A stretch of 64,000 nucleotides of DNA from contig JAFCCG010000001.1 of the NCBI GenBank assembly GCA_017610335.1, forward strand, positions 13,869 through 77,868, written 5' to 3'. The position numbers were made by a program, and so were the translations under genes. The notes beneath the pieces were generated by a model. That model was not told where the DNA came from. It saw only the letters and a list, made by a program, of their open reading frames with translations, and did not search any database. The DNA comes from Chloroflexota bacterium (lineage in GTDB: Archaea; Iainarchaeota; Iainarchaeia; Iainarchaeales; GCA-2688035). Shown here piece by piece: positions 56,899 to 64,000 of this stretch. How positions within the stretch are numbered: the first letter of the stretch is position 1; each line of letters starts with the position of its first letter.

Positions 56899-57885
56899 AT
56901 GGCAGAGAATGAAACTTTTTGGAAGGAAAAAAAGGTGCTGGTTACAGGCGCAGACGGCTTTATTGGCTCGCATTTGACCGAAGCCCTTTTGGATAAGGGA
57001 GCAGAAACAAGCATTTTTATCAAAGGAGACAGTCAAAACACATTTAAGAAAAACAGGCTTGGAAACCTTGACGCAGTGCAAGACAAGCTTTCAAAGGTAA
57101 TAAAAGGAAACATTGGAAGCGAAGACTGCCAACAACAAATTAAAGATAATGACCCGGAAATAATATTTCATTTGGCTGCAGAAGCCTATGTCCCATTTTC
57201 TTTTGACCACCCTCTTGAAACACTTAAAACCAACCTTATTGGAACATTGAATGTTTTGCACGCAGCACGCGATTTGAAAAATATAAAACAAATTGTTTGC
57301 ACAAGCAGCAGTGAAGTTTATGGAACTGCAATGAAAGACAAAATTGATGAAGAGCATCCGCTTAATCCAACTTCACCTTATGCAGCTTCAAAGGCGGCAG
57401 CAGACAGATACTGTTACAGTTATTGGAAAACTTATGGATTGCCAATAGCAATCATCAGGCCGTTTAACACATATGGCCCAAGGCACACTTATGACGTGAT
57501 TCCAAAGTTTATACAGCTTGCGTTGGAAAACAAGCCTTTGACAATTTACGGAGATGGAAACCAAAGCCGTGACTTTACTTATGTAATTGACACTGTTGAA
57601 GGTTTTCTTACAATGGGCAGCAGAAAAGAGGCAATTGGCAAAGCGGTTAATTTTGGAAGCGGAAAAGATTACACAATCAACGAAACAAGCAAACTGATTA
57701 AGAAATTAAGCGAAAGCACTTCTGAAATAATACACGAAAAGGAAAGACCTGCCGAAGTAAACAGACTTATCTGCGATTATGGGCTTGCAAAAAAACTATT
57801 TGGATGGGAACCCAAAATAAGCCTTGAAGAAGGATTGAGAAGGAATATTGAATGGGAAAAGCAAAGGTTGACAAAACAGCAATAG
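56899..57885 (+). CDS. NAD-dependent nucleotide-sugar 4,6-dehydratase
   Basis: TGADGFIGSHL, SSSEVYG, SPYAASK and RPFNTYGPR motifs. Confidence 0.9.
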   Translation: MAENETFWKEKKVLVTGADGFIGSHLTEALLDKGAETSIFIKGDSQNTFKKNRLGNLDAVQDKLSKVIKGNIGSEDCQQQIKDNDPEIIFHLAAEAYVPFSFDHPLETLKTNLIGTLNVLHAARDLKNIKQIVCTSSSEVYGTAMKDKIDEEHPLNPTSPYAASKAAADRYCYSYWKTYGLPIAIIRPFNTYGPRHTYDVIPKFIQLALENKPLTIYGDGNQSRDFTYVIDTVEGFLTMGSRKEAIGKAVNFGSGKDYTINETSKLIKKLSESTSEIIHEKERPAEVNRLICDYGLAKKLFGWEPKISLEEGLRRNIEWEKQRLTKQQ

Positions 57886-58442
57886 TTGATGAGGGCTGCC
57901 AGATAGGTGAAGGCACAAAAATATGGGCCTTTGTCCAGGTTGGAAAAGAGGCAATTGTGGGCAAAAACTGTGTTTTGGGCAACGGAAGCTTTGTAGACAG
58001 AGCAGCAAAAATTGGAGACAATGTAAAGCTTATGAACAAAGCTCAGGTTTTCAGGGGATGCGAGGTTGGAAACAATGTTTTTATTGGTCCGGGAGCAGTT
58101 CTTGCAAATGACAAAAATCCAAAATCCAATGCTGAAAGAAAATTCAAAGGTTATGAATGGAAAATCGGAAACAATGTTTCAATTGGGGCAAACAGCGTAA
58201 TTTTACCAGATGTAAACATTGGAGAATTTGCAGTTGTTGGCGCAGGAAGTGTTGTCACAAAAGATGTTCCCAAGCATGGTCTTGTTTATGGAAATCCTGC
58301 AAAGTTATGTGGTTTTGCATGCAAGTGCGGAAAAAGAATGCAGTTAATGCAAGAGGGGCAGGAAAAGGCAGTGCTTGAATGTAAAAAATGTGGTGAAATG
58401 CTTTCAATGCCAATGAAAACATTCAGGCAAGCAACAGAATAA
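57852..58442 (+). CDS. Hexapeptide-repeat sugar N-acetyltransferase (WbpD-like)
   Basis: IGEGTKIW, hexapeptide repeats, VGAGSVVTKDVP...YGNPA and a C-terminal CxCG/CxxC. Confidence 0.9.
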   Translation: MGKAKVDKTAIVDEGCQIGEGTKIWAFVQVGKEAIVGKNCVLGNGSFVDRAAKIGDNVKLMNKAQVFRGCEVGNNVFIGPGAVLANDKNPKSNAERKFKGYEWKIGNNVSIGANSVILPDVNIGEFAVVGAGSVVTKDVPKHGLVYGNPAKLCGFACKCGKRMQLMQEGQEKAVLECKKCGEMLSMPMKTFRQATE

Positions 58443-58453
58443 AGGCGATTTTT

Positions 58454-59620
58454 ATGCAGGAAAAGAATAGCTTTGACAAGGCAAAGGAATGGATTTTGGA
58501 TTCAGGCATTCAGGAAAGCAATGGAGCAATCTGCGCATGGCATGATTTGGACAAGGACAAAAATTCTTTTGAATACAGTGAAATTACAGGTTATGGAATT
58601 ACCGCATTTGTTTTTTTGGACAGTGTAAAAAAGGATGAAAGAGTTTTTGAAAAGGTTGGAAAATTGGACGAAGGACTTTTTGAAAAGGCTGAAAAGGCAA
58701 GGAAATGGCTTGAGACAAAAGCCATTACAAAGAAAGGCGCTGTTCTTGCAAGAAATTACAGGAAATGGGAGCAGGCAAATGAAAATTTTTCATTCCATGG
58801 CGGAAACTGCTTTGCCTTTGATGCAGGAATGGTATTAAACGGACTTGTAAATCAATACAACGCTGTGAAAAAAAAGGAAATTTTAGACCTTGCCTTAAAA
58901 ATTGGCGGCTTTTTGGCCGAAACGATGATGGAAAGCGGAAAAATGAACGCGGTTTACAATGCCAACACAGGAAAAGTGCTTGGGCAGGAAGACAAATGGA
59001 GTGCACAGCCTGGAAGCTATCATGCAAAAGTCGCAATAGGATTGTTTGGTCTTAAAAAAATAACAGGCGAACAAAAATTTGAAAATGCTGCAAGAGAATT
59101 GTGCGAATTTGCTTTGGAAAAACAATTGCCTGAAGGAAACTTTGAGACAAATTCAATAAGCAAAAGCACGCATCTGCATCCGCACTGCTATTCGGCTGAA
59201 GGGCTTTTGTTTGCGGGAAAATTCTTGAAAGAGGACAGGTTTGTTGACGCAGCTGAAAAAGCAACTGCGTGGGCAATGGCAAACCAGCAGGAAAACGGCG
59301 GAATAAATGCGTTTTATAACGGGAAATGGAACCAGAGCCAGAGAAGTGATGTACTTGCACAAGTGCTAAGGCTTGCATCAGCCCTAAAAGCAATGGGAAA
59401 GCTCAAAGAGGTTCCGGAAGAAAAGCTTTCAAGGCTTAGGGAAAGAATTTTGGAATTCCAGCATGAAAGCGGAGGTTTTTTGTACGGGACAGAATTGGAC
59501 CTTTTAAAAAAAAACTGCGTTAATGCATGGTGTACAATGTTTGCACTGCAGGCATTGCAATGGCATAATATAAGTAAGGGGCAAAATGCAGGGAAAATGA
59601 ATTTTGAACAGATCATATAG
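58454..59620 (+). CDS. (alpha/alpha)-barrel protein of glycan clusters, function unknown
   Basis: YSEITGY, FDAGMVLNGL, HPHCYSAEGL and repeated Q-x-x-x-G-x-F motifs. Confidence 0.65.
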   Translation: MQEKNSFDKAKEWILDSGIQESNGAICAWHDLDKDKNSFEYSEITGYGITAFVFLDSVKKDERVFEKVGKLDEGLFEKAEKARKWLETKAITKKGAVLARNYRKWEQANENFSFHGGNCFAFDAGMVLNGLVNQYNAVKKKEILDLALKIGGFLAETMMESGKMNAVYNANTGKVLGQEDKWSAQPGSYHAKVAIGLFGLKKITGEQKFENAARELCEFALEKQLPEGNFETNSISKSTHLHPHCYSAEGLLFAGKFLKEDRFVDAAEKATAWAMANQQENGGINAFYNGKWNQSQRSDVLAQVLRLASALKAMGKLKEVPEEKLSRLRERILEFQHESGGFLYGTELDLLKKNCVNAWCTMFALQALQWHNISKGQNAGKMNFEQII

Positions 59621-60748
59621 GTGTTTTTTTTGGAAGAAAAGATTGCAATAGTTTTTGGAACAAGACCTGAAATAATAAAACTGACCCCAGTGATTAAACA
59701 CTGTCGAAATGAAGGAATCCCTTTTTTTACCGTGCACAGCGGCCAGCATTATTCCTATGAAATGGACAGGATTTTCTTTGAACAGCTTGGTCTTAAAAGA
59801 CCTGATTACCAGCTTTCTGTCAAAAGCAAAGCGCCCTATATGCAGGGCCAGCATACAGGTAAGATGATGGAAGCAATAGAAAAAATATTACTAAAAGAAA
59901 AGCCAACTAATGTTCTTGCTGAAGGCGACACAAACACTGTTCTTGCAACCGCGCTGGTAACCGCAAAAATTGCAACAGTAAAACAGCTTGTTGACTTTTC
60001 TACAAAATTCGGCCATGTGGAAGCATGCCTTCGCTCTTATGACAAAACAATGCCTGAGGAAATGAACCGAATTATTGCAGACCACATTTCAGATTACCTT
60101 TTTGCGCCAACAAAGGACGCAAAGCAAAATGCATTAAAGGAAGGATTAAGTGAAGAAAAGATTTTTGTTACAGGAAATACTATTGTTGATGCCTTGAAGA
60201 TGGTTGAAGGCAAAATTGAGGATGTAAATTCTTTGAAGAAAATGGAACTTGAAGAAAAAAATTATGCATTACTTACTTTGCATAGGCAGGAAAATGTTGA
60301 CGTCAAGGAAAAATTGCAGTCAATAATAAAAGGCGTTTCGGGCTTTTGTAAAAAAGCAGGGATTGAAGCAATTTGGCCAATGCATCCAAGAGCAAAAAAA
60401 ATGCTTGAACAGTATAACATTACAGTTCCTGAAAAAATCAGAGTGGTAAAGCCTCTTGGATTTTTTGAATTTTTGTCGCTTGAAAAAAATGCTGCCATTG
60501 CATTAACTGACAGCGGAGGGGTGCAGGAGGAAAGCTGCATTTTTGGAACAAAGTGCGTAACACTCAGGGAAAACACAGAAAGGCCTGAAACAGTTGCTAT
60601 AGGGGCAAACGTTGTTGCAGGATGGCAAGAGAATGGAATTGTGGAAAAGGCAACAGAAATGCTTGAAGGAAAGACCGAATGGAAGCAGCCTTTTGGAGAC
60701 GGGAAAGCAGGCGAAAAAATTGTAAAAATATTGATTAAGGGAAAATAA
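59621..60748 (+). CDS. wecB: UDP-N-acetylglucosamine 2-epimerase (non-hydrolysing)
   Basis: GTRPEIIK, HSGQHY, GDTNT, MPEEMNR, TDSGGVQEE and RENTERPE motifs. Confidence 0.95.
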   Translation: MFFLEEKIAIVFGTRPEIIKLTPVIKHCRNEGIPFFTVHSGQHYSYEMDRIFFEQLGLKRPDYQLSVKSKAPYMQGQHTGKMMEAIEKILLKEKPTNVLAEGDTNTVLATALVTAKIATVKQLVDFSTKFGHVEACLRSYDKTMPEEMNRIIADHISDYLFAPTKDAKQNALKEGLSEEKIFVTGNTIVDALKMVEGKIEDVNSLKKMELEEKNYALLTLHRQENVDVKEKLQSIIKGVSGFCKKAGIEAIWPMHPRAKKMLEQYNITVPEKIRVVKPLGFFEFLSLEKNAAIALTDSGGVQEESCIFGTKCVTLRENTERPETVAIGANVVAGWQENGIVEKATEMLEGKTEWKQPFGDGKAGEKIVKILIKGK

Positions 60749-60788
60749 TCAAAATAAAAAAAGAAAAATTAAAAAATTGAAAAGGAAA

Positions 60789-61652
60789 ATGATTGAAATG
60801 AAAGGGCTGAAACAATTCAATGGACACAAAGGAATTTTTGCATTCAGAATAGACCTTGATTTTTTTCACCCAAAACATGTTGAAAAAACCTTGGAGGCTG
60901 CAGAAAAGCACTGGATTAAAATGACCTGGTTTGTGAACATGGAAACAGGCCAATTTCACGAACGCGAAATAAAAAGAATTGCAAAAACGCAGGATGTGCA
61001 AAATCACGGCTTTTTGCACGAAACATTCAAAAACAGCGAAAAAAATTTGGAAAACATAATGAAAGCGGACAAATTGCTGCAGGAAATGGATATTAAATGC
61101 AGTAGCTTTGCAGCACCGTTTGGCTTTTGGAACAAAGAACTTGGCAAAGCATTGGAAAAAACAGGCTATGAATACAGCAGCGAATTCAGGGAAGGAAAAA
61201 GCATATTCCCCTTTTACCCAAATACCGGGGAAAAAAAGGCAAGGGTTCTTCAAGTTCCGATTCATCCAATCTGCCTTGGCAATCTTTTTGAATCAGGCTA
61301 CAATGAAAAAGAGGCAATTGAATATTTTGGCAAAATAATTAAACTGCTTTACGAAAAACAAGTTCCAATATTTTTATATGGGCATCCGACAGGAAGATTG
61401 GGAGCATATCCAAAAGTGCTTGAAAAGATTTTTGAAAAAGTTAATGAACTTGATGACATTTGGTTCACAAACCTGACAGATTATGCAGGCTTTTGGAAAA
61501 AGAAAAAGTTTAAGCAAAGGGAAACAGGATGGGACGAACACAATGTTTTTGTAGAAGACAAAAAAAGCAAACGCAAGAAAATAAAGGCATTTTACAAGGG
61601 GCAGTTGATGCGCGTTGAAAAGAAAAAGATTTCAAAGAGGCTGCATAAATGA
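60789..61652 (+). CDS. Polysaccharide deacetylase family protein
   Basis: FRIDLD, TWFV, HGFLH, FAAPFG and YGHP motifs. Confidence 0.8.
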   Translation: MIEMKGLKQFNGHKGIFAFRIDLDFFHPKHVEKTLEAAEKHWIKMTWFVNMETGQFHEREIKRIAKTQDVQNHGFLHETFKNSEKNLENIMKADKLLQEMDIKCSSFAAPFGFWNKELGKALEKTGYEYSSEFREGKSIFPFYPNTGEKKARVLQVPIHPICLGNLFESGYNEKEAIEYFGKIIKLLYEKQVPIFLYGHPTGRLGAYPKVLEKIFEKVNELDDIWFTNLTDYAGFWKKKKFKQRETGWDEHNVFVEDKKSKRKKIKAFYKGQLMRVEKKKISKRLHK

Positions 61653-62560
61653 AGCCTGTAAAAAAAGGGCTTGTTTCAATTGTTATCCTAAATTGGGATG
61701 GCCTAAACGACATAAAGGGCTGCATCAAGTCAATTCAGGAAAAAACAGCCTACAAGCCTTATGAAATGATTGTTGTTGACAATGGAAGCAAGGACGGCAG
61801 CGTTCCATGGCTTAAAAAAATGGAAAAAAAAGGGATAATCAACAAGCTTGTGATCAACAAGAAAAATGTTGGCTTTGGACCAGGCAACAACCAGGGAATA
61901 GCAATTGCTTCTGGCGAATACGTTTTTCTCCTTAATAATGACACATTTGTCACAAAAAACTGGCTCAAAAAAATAGTTAAGGTTGCAGAAAGCTATCCGG
62001 AAGTTGGAATTGTAGGACCGCATTTTCCAACAATTGATACCCCAGACATAATCTACGGCGCAGGATATATTGACGACGCAGGAAGAGCCTACAATTTGTT
62101 CAACATAAACGATAGCTACACAGAACAGATAAGCGGAGGAGCCTTTCTGATAAAAAGGGAAGTAATTGACAAGATTGGATTCTTTGACAAGGGCTTTGCG
62201 CCAATCTACTTTGAGGAAACAGATTACTGCGGAAGGGCAAGAAAAGCCGGGTTTAAAATTCTTTTCACGCCAAAAAGCAAAATCCTTCACAATGAAAGCG
62301 CTTCAACAAAAAAGCAGACAAGCAAATGGAGGTTTGTGACAATAAACAAGAACAGGCAGCGTTATATGCTTATACATTTTCAAAAAGGCAGGCTGCTAAA
62401 GGGATTTGTCTGGGAAATGCTTAGGTTTGGAAAAGACCTCTCAAAAATGAGGGGCCACTGGCTTATTGAAAGCTGGCTAATCAACCTGTACCATTTTCCA
62501 GAAATTGTCAAAAAAAGAGTTGACTACAAAAAAGGCAACGTGTGGATGGGGGCAGACTAA
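61649..62560 (+). CDS. GT2 glycosyltransferase
   Basis: VDNGSKDGS, LLNND and YFEETD motifs. Confidence 0.9.
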   Translation: MKPVKKGLVSIVILNWDGLNDIKGCIKSIQEKTAYKPYEMIVVDNGSKDGSVPWLKKMEKKGIINKLVINKKNVGFGPGNNQGIAIASGEYVFLLNNDTFVTKNWLKKIVKVAESYPEVGIVGPHFPTIDTPDIIYGAGYIDDAGRAYNLFNINDSYTEQISGGAFLIKREVIDKIGFFDKGFAPIYFEETDYCGRARKAGFKILFTPKSKILHNESASTKKQTSKWRFVTINKNRQRYMLIHFQKGRLLKGFVWEMLRFGKDLSKMRGHWLIESWLINLYHFPEIVKKRVDYKKGNVWMGAD

Positions 62561-63624
62561 TGCAGGTAAAATATGCCAAAACAATTGAAGAAATAAAAAG
62601 TCTTGAAAACCCCTGGAATGAACTGATTAAGGAAAGTGGGCAAAAAACAATGTTCGCCTCCTTTGACTGGGTTGTTTCATGGTTTGAATGCAACAAAAAC
62701 AGCAAGCCATTTATTCTGACAGCATGGAACAAAGAAAAATTGAGCGGAATCGCCACACTTTGCCTTGAAGAAAACCGCCTCTGCTTTGCAGCACAGACTT
62801 ACTCGGCAAATCTTGACTTTGTTGCAAGAAAAGGCCTGGAACAAGAAGCAAGCAAGGCAATTGCTAAAGAAATTTTTAAAAACAGGAAATGGAAAACAAT
62901 CAGGTTTTTGCACCTTGCAAACAACCCAATTTTCGTTGAAGCAATGGAAAAAGAGGCAAAGAAAGACAGCTTTGTTGTAAGAAAAAGTATGGGAGAGCCG
63001 ACAAATGTAATAAGCCTTCTTGGAACAGAAAATGACTTTTTTGCATCATTGAAGAGAACAAAAAGAAAGCATTTGCGGAACCAGCTCAACAAGTTTGGAA
63101 AAACACTGAATGTTGAAACAAAATTCTGGGAAAAAGAAGAGTTTGAAAAGGCATGGGACAAGTTTTTTGAACTTCATGGAAAAAACATGGATTTAAGGCA
63201 GACAAAAAGCATTCTGCAGGAACCGTGGTTTCAATGCTTTTACAAAAAGGCTGCAGAAAAAGCATTGGGAAAAAAAAGGCTCTGGCTAATGGGACTAATA
63301 ATTGACGGAAAAGAAGCCGCAATCCTTTATGGGATAGTATTCGGAAAAACATTCAACGCATTGAATATGGGCTTTGACGCAAAGCTTGCAAAAGGACACA
63401 GTCTTGGCAAGATTCTTTTGCTTAAGGCAATAAAGCCATGCTGTGAAAAAGGCATTAAAACATACGACCTGCTTCCGGGAAGCCCTAAGTACAAAAGTAT
63501 GATTGGAACCAGGAAAAAAGGCGGAATGCAATTTGAAGTCTTTGGAACACCTGCAGAAGCATTGGTTCACAGTATTAAAGTCAAGGCAAAGGGGACAGGA
63601 AAAAAGATTCTGGGAAGGATTTAA
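62560..63624 (+). CDS. GNAT-fold CelD/BcsL-like acetyltransferase
   Basis: FASFDW...W; C-terminal SLGKILL...YDLLPG..KYK; TAATG coupling. Confidence 0.8.
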   Translation: MQVKYAKTIEEIKSLENPWNELIKESGQKTMFASFDWVVSWFECNKNSKPFILTAWNKEKLSGIATLCLEENRLCFAAQTYSANLDFVARKGLEQEASKAIAKEIFKNRKWKTIRFLHLANNPIFVEAMEKEAKKDSFVVRKSMGEPTNVISLLGTENDFFASLKRTKRKHLRNQLNKFGKTLNVETKFWEKEEFEKAWDKFFELHGKNMDLRQTKSILQEPWFQCFYKKAAEKALGKKRLWLMGLIIDGKEAAILYGIVFGKTFNALNMGFDAKLAKGHSLGKILLLKAIKPCCEKGIKTYDLLPGSPKYKSMIGTRKKGGMQFEVFGTPAEALVHSIKVKAKGTGKKILGRI

Positions 63625-63680
63625 TTTTGAAAAAAAATAGAAATAAAATACACAGCAAAAAAGGCAGCGGAGCAAAAGCA

Positions 63681-64000
63681 ATGAAGAAAATTTTGTTCAA
63701 CACTTCACCAGGCTCTTTTAAAAGCCCGGGTGGAGGGGAAATACTATTGCTTAAAACAAAAAAAGGCCTGAAAAAGCTTGGCTTTGAAGTAAAAATTCTT
63801 GAAAAGCAAGGCTATGGCATTGATTTTTCTGAATTTGACCTGTTTCACAACTTCAACATTCACAGTGACAATTACGGCTTTGTAATGCAGGCAAAGAAGG
63901 CAGGAATTCCAATTGCTGTGAGCACAATTTACTGGCCCTCGCTTAAAAGCGCGGTGAAATGGAACAAAGGGATAAAAGGAAAAGGAAAGGCTGTTGCAGC
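63681..64000 (+). CDS. GT4 glycosyltransferase (3'-truncated by the window edge)
   Basis: MKKILF...PGGGE...LKKLGFEV...DLFHNF...STIYW. Confidence 0.75.
   Translation, partial: MKKILFNTSPGSFKSPGGGEILLLKTKKGLKKLGFEVKILEKQGYGIDFSEFDLFHNFNIHSDNYGFVMQAKKAGIPIAVSTIYWPSLKSAVKWNKGIKGKGKAVA

Overview
AT-rich archaeal chromosomal window, most likely a DPANN archaeon of the Diapherotrites/Iainarchaeota type. This is inferred from the archaeal informational genes, AMP-salvage enzymes, bacterial-style pyr genes and many Lys/Arg-rich ORFans. From left to right: a 5'-truncated smc, a surface Lon-like (S16) protease, and the ftsZ-secE-spt5-L11-L1-L10-L12 cluster. Next come GT2 paralogs, R15P isomerase, rpe, and a pyrD/K/B/C/E cluster interleaved with basic ORFans. 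These are followed by AMP phosphorylase, L21e-rpo4-DUF655-rsmA (frameshifted), a small accessory island with a transposase remnant, tbp, the 5S rRNA and uL16. A >28 kb N-glycosylation/surface-glycan locus headed by aglB-Alg7-Alg14-Alg13-like genes fills the rest. Three TA modules are present (VapBC, RelE-type, AbiE). Main observations: (1) two integrase-less TA cassettes sit at the 3' ends of ftsZ and of the 5S rRNA gene with the same architecture, each bounded by a diverged 33-bp copy of the target gene's end, and a third, similar displaced gene fragment lies near the GT2 pair; (2) the condensin-type SMC has a Rad50-like CxxC zinc hook where the hinge is expected; (3) a candidate circularly permuted L1-binding leader; (4) a dispersed set of enzyme-fold proteins with very basic tails. 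All calls come from reading motifs by eye; no database search was run.
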